A DNA stretch of 64,000 bases from an uncultured delta proteobacterium (GTDB taxonomy: Bacteria; Desulfobacterota; RBG-13-43-22), in NCBI GenBank assembly GCA_963843145.1, contig CAWJJC010000025.1:32001-96000 (forward strand), given 5' to 3'. Positions within the stretch are counted from its first letter, which is position 1. Each line of letters begins with the position of its first letter. Positions 31,670-40,476 of the stretch are shown here, piece by piece. Under the pieces are notes generated by a model that searched no databases, was not told the origin of the DNA, and worked only from the letters and a program-made list of their open reading frames with translations. The position numbers and the translations under genes are program-made.

Positions 31670-32281
31670 ATGGCTGGAAAGAAATTATTCGTACTGGGGT
31701 TGGCGATCATGCTGCTCATGGGGTGGGGCCTGGAATGGGCTTATGCCCAGACTTCCGGATCCGGCCAAACGCTTCAGGTGGATCCGGAACGTTGCGCTTT
31801 GATGCTGCGCAAAGGGCAGGAATCCTTCAGCCGGTCCAAATATAATGAGGCCAAGGATTTTTTTCGGAAAGCCGTGCAGGCCGATCCTACTTCCCAGAAA
31901 GCCTGGTCATACTATGACTTGAGCCTTTTTTACACGGTAGGGGAGCAGTACAAGAATCACGGGAAAATTGTCCTCTCCAGCGCCCCCCCAGCGGAAGCGA
32001 CCCAAGAGCTGACCCCCCCGGCCGTCGACGAGTTGACCCTGACCGGGAAAATGCTCAAAGGGAAAACCGGTTCCCCCGCTAGGAAGGGAAAGCCCTATCC
32101 GGCCCCGGAGGTAAAAAAACCGGGCGCCAAAGAAAAGCCTTACCCGGCCCCCGGAATCAAAAAACCGGTGGAGCCTAAAAAACCGGCGGTAACCGCCCCG
32201 TCGGCGCCGGCGGCACCGGTGACCCCAGCCCCCACCCCGGCCCCGGGCGGGATGAAGATTTTAAAGGATGAGGGTTGTTGA
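31670..32281 (+). CDS. Exported TPR-like protein with Pro/Lys/Ala linker and C-terminal DEGC
   Basis: Signal peptide ending AYA; YNEAKDFFRKAVQADP TPR-like helix; KPYPAPxxKKP twice; ends ILKDEGC. Confidence 0.75.
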   Translation: MAGKKLFVLGLAIMLLMGWGLEWAYAQTSGSGQTLQVDPERCALMLRKGQESFSRSKYNEAKDFFRKAVQADPTSQKAWSYYDLSLFYTVGEQYKNHGKIVLSSAPPAEATQELTPPAVDELTLTGKMLKGKTGSPARKGKPYPAPEVKKPGAKEKPYPAPGIKKPVEPKKPAVTAPSAPAAPVTPAPTPAPGGMKILKDEGC

Positions 32282-32415
32282 TCGTTTAAAAATTGAATAG
32301 AAACGGAGGTGAGGACCCCGGTCAGAGAAGCAGACGAGCAAACGGTACTTCAGAATACCAGGATTGTATTCCCCGTTTTTTAAACCACCGCTACAAAACC
32401 CAAAGGAGGATATGG

Positions 32416-32958
32416 ATGAAAAAAATTATTACTTTGCTGTTGGTTGGTCTATTTGTAATCGGTATTTCCGGAATGGCTATCGCTCAGGATTTGGCCGCCG
32501 GTGAGAAAAAAGTCCATGACGAATTTGAAAAAACGGTTGCCAAGGACCGGATTTTGAATGTCGATCAATTTAAAAAGGTCTGGGAAGAGGTGCTGGCCGG
32601 GACGAAAAAGGCCTATCTGATAGATGTCCGAACCCACCCTGAATTCTACGCTTTTCACATCGAGGGCACGGATCATATCCATTCCGGCCATGTGTATACC
32701 ATCGTCAAAAAGATACCCGACCCCAACGCCGAAATTTACGTCTTTTGCCGCACCAACCATCGGGCCTTTTATGTGGCCGGTTTTCTCAACAAGTACGGCT
32801 ATAAGAACGTCCACGTGTTTGACGGCGGCGTCGTGGGCTGGGCCAAGGCGGGACTGCCCTTTGTGAACCAGTTTACCGGTCGTTTCAAGATTACCGAGTA
32901 CTCTCAGGATTTCAGGGAAGACGGAAAATACCGCGTTCGCGAATTCCATCCTTATTGA
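32416..32958 (+). CDS. Periplasmic rhodanese-domain protein
   Basis: GGAGG RBS; signal peptide; LIDVRT...FHIEG...VFCRTNHR...DGGVVGW. Confidence 0.88.
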   Translation: MKKIITLLLVGLFVIGISGMAIAQDLAAGEKKVHDEFEKTVAKDRILNVDQFKKVWEEVLAGTKKAYLIDVRTHPEFYAFHIEGTDHIHSGHVYTIVKKIPDPNAEIYVFCRTNHRAFYVAGFLNKYGYKNVHVFDGGVVGWAKAGLPFVNQFTGRFKITEYSQDFREDGKYRVREFHPY

Positions 32959-32976
32959 TAAATTGTCGCCTTCAAT

Positions 32977-33004
32977 AAAAAGGCCGCCTGGGGGCGGCCT
33001 TTTT
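32977..33004. terminator. Intrinsic terminator
   Basis: AAAAAGGCCGC-ctggg-GCGGCCTTTTT hairpin with A and T tails. Confidence 0.85.
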
Positions 33005-33093
33005 GTTTGGCAACTGCTTAGAAAAAGACTAGATGCGGTGAATTCAAACAGCATTCATTTTTCAATTGACTTCCGCTTTCTGGGGGAATATAT

Positions 33094-33109
33094 ATAACCA
33101 TATGGTTAT
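33094..33109. promoter_or_regulatory. Candidate ArsR operator 1 (perfect palindrome)
   Basis: ATAACCATATGGTTAT overlaps the arsR start; TTGACT at 33066. Confidence 0.7.
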
Positions 33110-33434
33110 GATTAAAGGGAAACAGCGTTTGTTCGAGAATCAGGCCCAGATCCTCAAGGCCTTGGGTCAACCTACCCGTTTGCAGATACTGGATCTGCTT
33201 AAAGAAGGGGAACGATGTGTCTGTGAAATCTTCCCGGCCATCGAACAGGAACAGGCGAATGTCTCCAAACACCTGACCATCCTCAAGCAAGCCGGGATCC
33301 TGGACTCCAGGAAAGAAGGCCTGCGGGTTATCTACTGGATCAAGAATAATGAAATCCTGGGTCTGATCCAAGGAGTTTCCCTGATGTTGAAGAACCAAGC
33401 CCAGGAACAGCGAGAAATTCTTTCCCACCTATAA
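33102..33434 (+). CDS. ArsR/SmtB family transcriptional repressor
   Basis: LKALGQPTRLQIL...ERCVCEI...QANVSKHLTILKQAGI...RKEG. Confidence 0.93.
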   Translation: MVMIKGKQRLFENQAQILKALGQPTRLQILDLLKEGERCVCEIFPAIEQEQANVSKHLTILKQAGILDSRKEGLRVIYWIKNNEILGLIQGVSLMLKNQAQEQREILSHL

Positions 33435-33459
33435 TTTTTTTTGTTGCTTCTATAACTTA

Positions 33460-33475
33460 TTAGACATATGGTTAT
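33460..33475. promoter_or_regulatory. Candidate ArsR operator 2
   Basis: TTAGACATATGGTTAT upstream of the thioredoxin operon. Confidence 0.6.
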
Positions 33476-33573
33476 TATTGAAATTAGGTCTTGAGAGGAA
33501 AGTTAATGAAGAAAGGACGAGTCATCGCCTGGGGGGAAAAATTATTTGGTCAAAATTTTTTGGAGGTCTGATA

Positions 33574-33807
33574 ATGGAGATAAAAATACTGGGACCCGGT
33601 TGTCCTAAATGCCAGCAAACCGAAAAGGTAGTCAAGGAAGCGGTTGCCGTGAGCGGGGTAAACGCTCAGATTGAAAAAGTCACCAACATGTTGGACATCG
33701 CCCGCTACGGCGTCTTAGGGACGCCGGCCGTGGTGGTCGACGGTCAAGTTAAATCCGTGGGAAAAATCCCGAAAAAAGAAGACGTTTTGAGCTGGATTAA
33801 ACCATAA
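33574..33807 (+). CDS. Small redox-active disulfide protein (MTH895/Thioredoxin_3 family)
   Basis: IKILGPGCPKC...YGVLGTPAVVVDG. Confidence 0.92.
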   Translation: MEIKILGPGCPKCQQTEKVVKEAVAVSGVNAQIEKVTNMLDIARYGVLGTPAVVVDGQVKSVGKIPKKEDVLSWIKP

Positions 33808-33826
33808 ATTTGGAAGGAGAGACGTT

Positions 33827-34213
33827 ATGGCTGAAGACTGTTGCACCCCTTCCGGATACATCATGATCCTGGCCTGTTCCGGAGGCTCGAATGTGGGCCA
33901 GTTGTCCAATCAGGCCGCGGTGGAATTGACTCAAGAGGGTTTTGGAAAAATGTTTTGCCTGGCCGGTATCGGAGCGCAGCTTTCGGGGTTTGTCCAGTCC
34001 GCCAAAGATGTACCGGATATGGTCGTGCTGGACGGCTGTTCGGTCGGCTGCGCCAAGGGAATCCTGGAACAGGCCGACATCCCACCCAAAAATTACCTGG
34101 TCTTAACCGAGCTGGGAATTGAAAAAAATAAGGACTTCACCCTAAGCCGGGAAGCGGTCGACCGGGTCAAGCAGGCCGCCAAGGCGACCTGCGTCCGCGT
34201 CGCCCCGGCCTGA
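33827..34213 (+). CDS. DGC-domain putative zinc-binding protein
   Basis: ACSGGSNVGQL; MFCLAGIG; LDGCSVGC. Confidence 0.9.
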   Translation: MAEDCCTPSGYIMILACSGGSNVGQLSNQAAVELTQEGFGKMFCLAGIGAQLSGFVQSAKDVPDMVVLDGCSVGCAKGILEQADIPPKNYLVLTELGIEKNKDFTLSREAVDRVKQAAKATCVRVAPA

Positions 34214-34363
34214 CGGTGGCCCCGGTCTCAGGTCCAAGAGATCATCTTTCCCCTGGCCGAAGCTGCCCATACGTCTTGCTCTGGGTAGGACGCTGCCGAA
34301 CAACGGAAACGGACCAGGCCACTCTGGATAGAATAACTCCTTTTCAGGAGGCAAAAAAACCCA

Positions 34364-34741
34364 ATGCCCCATCTTAAAAAAATAATTATTGGTCTGACCC
34401 TGGCCGTTATAGGCGCCGGGCTTATCTCCGCGGCCTGGGCCGGTCCCCCCGAAGTGCCGGTCAAAGGAATGGTAACCCTGGTGGACCTGGGAGCCGGCAC
34501 CTGTATTCCCTGTAAGATGATGGCGCCCATATTGGAAAAATTGGAAAAAGTCTATCGAGGGAAAGCAGCGGTCGTTTTCATCGATGTCTGGAAAACCCCG
34601 GATGAGGCCAAACGATTCAACCTCCAGGTAATCCCTACCCAGATTTTTTATGACCAAAAAGGGAAAGAGGTCTACCGCCATATGGGCTTTATGGCAGAAA
34701 AAGATATTGTGTCCGTCCTGAACAAATTAGGAGTTGACTAA
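34364..34741 (+). CDS. Exported thioredoxin
   Basis: Signal peptide; DLGAGTCIPCKMM; IPTQIF; RHMGF. Confidence 0.9.
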   Translation: MPHLKKIIIGLTLAVIGAGLISAAWAGPPEVPVKGMVTLVDLGAGTCIPCKMMAPILEKLEKVYRGKAAVVFIDVWKTPDEAKRFNLQVIPTQIFYDQKGKEVYRHMGFMAEKDIVSVLNKLGVD

Positions 34742-34762
34742 GGCAGGATATCCAGTCCAGGC

Positions 34763-35470
34763 ATGACGGAACAAATTTTCCTGACCATCAACGAATGGCT
34801 GGTCGGAGGAACGGTCATCGCCGCCCTGGGTTCTTTTCTCTGGGGTATGGTCAGCGTTCTCTTCAGCCCCTGCCATCTGGCCTCCATCCCTTTGATTGTG
34901 GCCTATGTGGGAGGGCAGGAGCGCATCCTCCCGCCCCGTCAGGCCGGCCTATATTCTCTGACTTTCACCAGCGGGCTTTTCATTACCATTGCCCTGATCG
35001 GAGTCATCTCCGCACTGCTCGGCCGGATGCTGGGCGATATCGGCAACTATTGGCAGATCCTGGTGGGAGTGATCCTGATCTGGGTGGCCCTGGGCATGCT
35101 GGGGGTGGAAAAGTTTTCCATGTCCGGCAGCCTGTTATACCGACTTAAGTTGAAAGGTCTCTTCGGGGCCCTGATCCTGGGATTGGCCTACGGGGTGCTT
35201 TCCGGTTCTTGCACCTTTGGTTTTATCGCCCCGATATTGGCCATTATCTCCGTGCAGAAGGAAGTGTCCTTCGGCCTGCTGCTGATCCTGCTGTTCGCCG
35301 TCGGCCATTGCCTGCCCATCGTCATTGCCGGGAGTTCCACCGCCGCCGTCCGCAAAGTGGTTGAAAACCGGTCCTGGCAGACCGGCAGCCAATGGTTCCG
35401 CCGCCTGGCCGGGGTCCTTATCGGAATGCTGGGAATTTATTTTATCATTAACCCCTTCTTTTTTTCTTAA
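34763..35470 (+). CDS. CcdA/DsbD transmembrane electron-transfer protein
   Basis: FSPCHL and SGSCT conserved Cys residues; about six TM segments. Confidence 0.88.
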   Translation: MTEQIFLTINEWLVGGTVIAALGSFLWGMVSVLFSPCHLASIPLIVAYVGGQERILPPRQAGLYSLTFTSGLFITIALIGVISALLGRMLGDIGNYWQILVGVILIWVALGMLGVEKFSMSGSLLYRLKLKGLFGALILGLAYGVLSGSCTFGFIAPILAIISVQKEVSFGLLLILLFAVGHCLPIVIAGSSTAAVRKVVENRSWQTGSQWFRRLAGVLIGMLGIYFIINPFFFS

Positions 35471-35564
35471 TGGAAGGCTATGCCCCCATGGATCTTTTGT
35501 GCAGCTTATGCGGTCGTGAGTCCCCGTTACTACTCCAAAAACAGCCATTGGAAAAGGAAAAGAA

Positions 35565-36726
35565 ATGAATGAAAATCGCCTTATTTTAATTCTGGGTCTG
35601 GCCGGTTTTGTGGTCATGGCCGACAACTGGGTGGTGTCCCCTATCCTCCCGGCTATTGCCAAGTCCTTACAGGTTTCTCCGGTTCGGGCCGGACTGTTGA
35701 TCAGCGCCTATATGATCCCTTTCGGCCTCTTCCAGTTGGTCTTTGGTCCACTGGCCGACCGCTATGGGAAAACGACCGGTGATCATCTTCTCCATGATCT
35801 TCTTCACCATCGGTACGGCCTTATGCGGGCTGGGCCTCGGCCTTTTTGACCTGGCCCTGTATCGGGCCATCACCGGCGTCTTCGCGGCCTCGGTCATGCC
35901 CATCTCGCTGGCCTTGATCGGCGATGTGATTCCGATGGAGCGGCGTCAGCAGGCCATCGGCACCTTTATGGGGATCGCCTTTTTAGGGCAAGGATTGAGC
36001 ATGGCGGTGGGGGGCTCCATTGCCTATTTCGTCAGTTGGCGGGGGGTCTTTTTCACTTATGCCGCCCTTTCCGTTATTTCCACCTTGCTGTTGATCCTCG
36101 TCGGTGGTAAAGCCCACTCCAAGAAAAACCCGGAAAGCCGGTTTTTCAAGCCCTATATTGACTTGCTGCGTAATGTGCGGAGCCTTTGGGTTTATATCGT
36201 CGTTCTCCTGGAAGGTATCCTGATCATCGGCTCTTTTTCCTACCTGGGGGCCTATACCGAATACCTCTTCAGCTATAATTATTTTGTTATCGGCTTGATC
36301 TTGACCGCCTTCGGGGCCGGGGCGGTGATTACCGGTCGCTTGGTGGGAAAAATCGCGCAACGAATCGGCCGGCTGAATACGTTGAGCCTTGGTCTGGCCT
36401 TGGCCGTAATCGCTGACGGCCTGCTCTTCTCGGTCACCACCCAACCTTGCGATATTGATCATCGCGAGTTGCCTTTTTGGGTATCGGATTCATGCTGGCC
36501 CATTCCAGCCTGCTGACTATCGCCACCGAATTCGCCCAAGATGGCGAGGGGAACGGCCATGTCCTTGGTAGCCTTCGGCTTTATGGGCGGCGGGGGTGTC
36601 GGCACGGCCATCGGAGGAAAGATAATCTCCTCCTCGGGGTATACCACCTTTTATGGTTGGTATGGACTTTTCCTGCTGCTTTTAGTAGGGCTGGCCAGAG
36701 GAGTGGTTCGAGAGGCCAAGAAATAA
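35565..36726 (+). CDS. MFS transporter split over several frames by single-base insertions (sequencing error or pseudogene)
   Basis: Pieces 35565.., 35743.., 36477.. and 36541.. join into one MFS (GPLADRYGKRPVI...). Shifts near 35770, 36440-36465 and 36536. Confidence 0.8.
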
Positions 36727-36757
36727 AGATCCTTCTCTTCCCTCACTCGGAGAAGCT

Positions 36758-37069
36758 ATGAAAAGAGCGAAAAAAATTAATCTAATTGTGCCGATAGAAG
36801 AGAAGCCGGACGCTTGGTCGTCCCGATGAACGGGTTCCCGAGGGGAAAGACAGGCCACCGATCTTATCTGTTATTGTTTTGGTTATACCAGGCGGGATAT
36901 CGAACAAGATTTCATTAAAAATGGCCGTTCCCTGCTTCTGGAAAAGATCTCCGCCGAAAAGAAAGCCGGTGGGTGTGACTGTGCCGCAAAAAACCCGAAA
37001 GGTCGCTGATGTCTGGCTGACGTCCGCCGGGTAGTGGACGAAGTCAACCGACCCAATACCCCTGTCTAA
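36758..37069 (+). CDS. BFD-like [2Fe-2S]/metallochaperone (Csac_0668-like) selenoprotein; TGA 37007-37009 (and perhaps 36827-36829) read as Sec
   Basis: GGAG RBS; ...LICYCFGYT...GGCDCAAKNPKGRUCLADVRRVVDEV. TGA occupies the first Cys of the NPxGxCC motif. Hairpin CGTCCGC-cgggta-GTGGACG at 37021-37040. Confidence 0.75.
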
Positions 37070-37101
37070 GATAGCCAAGGCTTAGAAAAGGGACATCTTG
37101 T

Positions 37102-37452
37102 ATGAAGGCCTTATATATTTCCGGAAGCCCCAGAAAAAACAGCAACACCGATTACCTGCTGAAAGAAGTTCTATCCGTGACCGGAGGAGAATTCCTCAAA
37201 ATCGCCGACTATCACCTGGAGCCGTGCCGCTCCTGTTGGACCTGTCTAAAATCAGGGAAATGCGCCATTGATGATGATATGACTCATTTGCTCAACCCCC
37301 GGGTGCTGGCCGCTGAAATCGTCGTTTTAGGCACTCCGGTCTATTTCAATACGGGAGAAATAGCGGATGGCCCTGAGGCCATAGAATCGGCTAGGAAGTT
37401 GGGCGACCGATTAATCGAACTCGGAGCGCTCCTTGGCCTTAAAAGCAGGTAG
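37102..37452 (+). CDS. Iron-sulfur flavoprotein/flavodoxin family, apparently internally deleted
   Basis: ISGSPRKNSNT; PCRSCWTC...C...DDM; GTPVYF then jumps straight to a C-terminal helix. Confidence 0.7.
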   Translation: MKALYISGSPRKNSNTDYLLKEVLSVTGGEFLKIADYHLEPCRSCWTCLKSGKCAIDDDMTHLLNPRVLAAEIVVLGTPVYFNTGEIADGPEAIESARKLGDRLIELGALLGLKSR

Positions 37453-37492
37453 CCGCCCCTCTTCGGCCCATAGGAATGCGGGTCTTGGAGAT

Positions 37493-37564
37493 CAGATCCT
37501 GGAATTTCCCGACGAGGCGACTGAAAAGGATATCCGCCAGGCCTAGCGCCGGCTGGCCATGATG
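37493..37564 (+). pseudogene. J-domain N-terminal remnant
   Basis: QILEFPDEATEKDIRQA*RRLAM parallels the J-domain at 38031. Confidence 0.55.
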
Positions 37565-37711
37565 AAAATTATGGGCCTGATGGGCGGCACCACGGACGCA
37601 TGCAAAGGCAGAGAAGATCATGTCCGGTAACCTGACCAGTAGACTCGCCGGGGAGGCGCAAACCCTTCCTGGCGGACCGGGTCGATAAAGAGACCATTAA
37701 GGAGGCGGAAT

Positions 37712-38023
37712 ATGGCGCAGTTTGAAGTGATCGGATGAGTCACCTGAGGAGAATCCGAACCGCCGGCAGTTAGTTGGCGCATGTTAACGTTTCCAGATGA
37801 TACGCAAATCCGGGTTACCGGTTTGGTTGAGATACTGGCCGACCTTTACGCTGAAGGTCGACAGGCGAATGAGGAGACCGCCGAAGAGATCCTCGATCGA
37901 TTGGAAGCCAGGAAGAACTATATCCCTTCGTCGGACCGTGTCCGTAGAGAGTATGTTTATGTCCTGCTGAAGGAGTACCGCAACTACATTAAGGATCGAG
38001 CCGAAAACAGCCCGAGACGGTGA
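37712..38023 (+). CDS. Putative di-selenoprotein with an N-terminal U-x-x-U motif (103 aa)
   Basis: AAGGAGG RBS, ATG 37712, then MAQFEVIG-TGA-VT-TGA-GESEPPAVSWR in frame with ORF 37781-38023. Hairpin CGCCGGC-agtta-GTTGGCG at 37761-37779. Confidence 0.7.
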
Positions 38024-38030
38024 AACCGAA

Positions 38031-38273
38031 GTGGATCGACCATCCCCCTATCACATCCTCAAAATCCCCGTTACCGCTACTGAACAGGAAATCCGCCAGG
38101 CCTATCGTCAAATGGCCATGAAATTTCATCCGGACCGCAATCCGGGTGAACCTGAAATGGAGGAACAGTTCAAGAAAGTTCAAAGAGCCTATGAAACGCT
38201 TTTGGACGGAATCCGGAACCCTGGAAATTGCCCGGTATGGCGTTTTTGGAACGCCTGCTGTGATCTTAGATGA
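38031..38273 (+). CDS. Short DnaJ J-domain protein or fragment
   Basis: PYHILKI...EIRQAYRQMAMKFHPDRNP...FKKVQRAYETL. Confidence 0.7.
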   Translation: MDRPSPYHILKIPVTATEQEIRQAYRQMAMKFHPDRNPGEPEMEEQFKKVQRAYETLLDGIRNPGNCPVWRFWNACCDLR

Positions 38274-38337
38274 TCAGGTCAAATTCGTAGGCAAAATCCC
38301 TGGAAAGGAAAAGATTGGGACCTGGTCCCAGAAATGA
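38218..38337 (+). pseudogene. C-terminal remnant of a second MTH895-type thioredoxin
   Basis: TLEIARYGVFGTPAVILDDQVKFVGKIP is close to the C-terminus of 33574-33807 but lacks the CxxC half. Confidence 0.7.
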
Positions 38338-38358
38338 ACGGACGGGAGAAACAGGGTC

Positions 38359-39366
38359 ATGAGACAAAACCAAGAAAAACAAAGAGCAGACCTTCCGGAG
38401 TCCACCGGCGGGGAGTTCACATCCCCTCACCAGCATGATCACTCGGGAAATGCGCATACCTTGGACAAGGGAGAGACGACCGGACCTCGGCTCCTCATAA
38501 CCCTTGCCATCAACCTGTTGATCCCTGCGGCCCAGGTCGTAGGCGGGGTCTATGCCCACAGCATGGCCCTGATCTCAGACGCTGTCCATAATTTCAGCGA
38601 CTTTACCGCCATATTGATCGCCTATTTCGCCTTTCGCATCGGGAAAAAAGGCGCCTCACCACAAAACACCTTCGGATACAAACGGGCCGAAATCCTTGGG
38701 GCGGCAATCAACGTCGCCCTTCTTGTGGCCGCGGCGGTCTTTATCTCGTACGAGGCCTTTGAGCGATTCAGGCACCCTCAACCTGTAATCGGTCAAATAG
38801 TGATTTACCTGGCGGCCGTGGGCATCCTGGGAAACGGTCTTTCAGCCTGGCTGCTCCATCGAGATTCGAAACACAGTCTCAACATGCGGGGGGCCTTTCT
38901 CCACATGGTGGGGGACATGCTGACTTCCGTTCTCGTGCTGATCAACGGCCTCATTCTGATTTTCAGGCCCTGGTACTGGCTGGACCCATTGCTGTCATTT
39001 CTCATTGTGATCTTTATCCTGAAAAACTGCTGGTCCATTCTGAGGGATGCTACCGGCATCCTGATGAACGCCACCCCGAGAAACCTCGATCTTGAAGAGA
39101 TCAAGAAGGCGTTGCAGACTATTCCGGGCGTATGCGGCGTCCATTACCTGCACGCCTGGAACGTGAGTTCCTCCAGCATCGCCTTTTCCTGCCACGTAGA
39201 GGTGACGGATCAGCTTGTAAGCAAAACCGAACCGCTTGCTGAAAAGATTCGCCATGCGCTCTTCCATCATTTCGGGATCGATCACCCCATCCTGCAGTTC
39301 GAAACAGCCCAGTGCGGCAACGGCAGCCTGCTCTGCGAGCTGTCCTGTGGGAATCAAAAGGGCTAA
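38359..39366 (+). CDS. Cation diffusion facilitator (CzcD-like)
   Basis: His-rich N-terminus; SMALISDAVHNFSD; TFGYKRAEIL; SLNMRGAFLHMVGD; Cys-rich tail. Confidence 0.92.
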   Translation: MRQNQEKQRADLPESTGGEFTSPHQHDHSGNAHTLDKGETTGPRLLITLAINLLIPAAQVVGGVYAHSMALISDAVHNFSDFTAILIAYFAFRIGKKGASPQNTFGYKRAEILGAAINVALLVAAAVFISYEAFERFRHPQPVIGQIVIYLAAVGILGNGLSAWLLHRDSKHSLNMRGAFLHMVGDMLTSVLVLINGLILIFRPWYWLDPLLSFLIVIFILKNCWSILRDATGILMNATPRNLDLEEIKKALQTIPGVCGVHYLHAWNVSSSSIAFSCHVEVTDQLVSKTEPLAEKIRHALFHHFGIDHPILQFETAQCGNGSLLCELSCGNQKG

Positions 39367-39384
39367 GTAGGAGACGAGAGTTGT

Positions 39385-40374
39385 ATGTTGCGGCAAATGC
39401 AGAAGATTTCAAAGGGTATCGAATCGAATCTGATTGTGCTCATCCTCCTTTCCATCGTCGCTGGTGTCGTCTTTGGCTGGAGGTTCCCCGATCAGGCCCA
39501 TGGGCTGAAAAGCTACTCAAGGGCCGCGCTCTTTATCATGCTCTACCCGATGATGATCGGCCTGCGCATCGAGGAGGTGGGCAAAGCCGCCGCCAACCTG
39601 AAATTGATCAGCCTTTCCATGCTTTTCAATTTTCTTTTCTCGCCGCTTTTGGCGGCAGGGCTGGCTTATGTTTTTCTTCACAACCGTCCGGATTTCGCCG
39701 TCGGTCTGATCCTGACCGGCACAGTGCCCTGCGCGGGCATGGTCGCAGGGTGGACGGGCTACGCCAGGGGCAACGTGGCGCTGGCCATGGTGGTTGTAGC
39801 GCTCAGCCTGCTGGTCAGCATCGTTATGATCCCCATCTGGATGCCCATCCTAGCCGGCGTCTATGTCCGATTGGATGCCTGGGCCATGTTCAAGGACATC
39901 CTGATTACCGTGGTCGTTCCGCTCATTCTGGGGGATCTCACCCGACGCCTGATCATCCGATGGAAAAGCCCGGAGACATTCCGGCAGATCAAACCGATCC
40001 TTCCGGGCGTATCCATGCTGGGCATGTACATCATCGTCTTTATCTCCATGGCGCTGGAGGCCGAAAACGTGATCAAGCACCCGGAGTATTTCCTGATCGT
40101 GCTGATCCCGCTGGCCTTCTTGTATGCGATCATGTTCAGCGGTTCGGTACTGTTCTCCATACTGGCGAAGTTTTCCTATGAAAACATGATTGCCTTCTCT
40201 TACGGCGTGGCGGGCAAAAACATCGCCATCGCCCTGGCGCTCGCGACTATCTTTTTCAGCCCGATGACGGTGCTGGTGTTGGCCATCAAGCCGGTCATCC
40301 AGATCACTTTCATGGTGGCCTTTCTGCATCTATCTTCCCGGCTGGAGCAGAAATTTTTTACTCGGCAAAGTTAG
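39385..40374 (+). CDS. Acr3/bile acid:Na+ symporter family protein
   Basis: MLYPMM; GLILTGTVPCAGMV..WT..A.GN; KNIAIALALA. Confidence 0.85.
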   Translation: MLRQMQKISKGIESNLIVLILLSIVAGVVFGWRFPDQAHGLKSYSRAALFIMLYPMMIGLRIEEVGKAAANLKLISLSMLFNFLFSPLLAAGLAYVFLHNRPDFAVGLILTGTVPCAGMVAGWTGYARGNVALAMVVVALSLLVSIVMIPIWMPILAGVYVRLDAWAMFKDILITVVVPLILGDLTRRLIIRWKSPETFRQIKPILPGVSMLGMYIIVFISMALEAENVIKHPEYFLIVLIPLAFLYAIMFSGSVLFSILAKFSYENMIAFSYGVAGKNIAIALALATIFFSPMTVLVLAIKPVIQITFMVAFLHLSSRLEQKFFTRQS

Positions 40375-40476
40375 AAGACTCAATTTTATACAGATTAAAA
40401 GCCGACTGCGACGAGGTTATATCCTATGAAAGTCCTGTATATTTCCGGACGCCCTTAGGTCCTCCTCAAATTCTTT

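Noticed and set aside
32279-32296. C-terminal Cys-TGA of the TPR-like protein as a CU selenoprotein motif
   Set aside because: No SECIS-like hairpin follows and another stop occurs five codons later. Treated as a true stop.
37544-37546. TAG in the J-domain fragment as pyrrolysine
   Set aside because: It sits at a Tyr position in a start-less remnant, and no pyl genes are present.
37590-37680. Possible c-di-GMP-I riboswitch (GCAAA motifs)
   Set aside because: The motif order and P2/P3 stems do not match the consensus.
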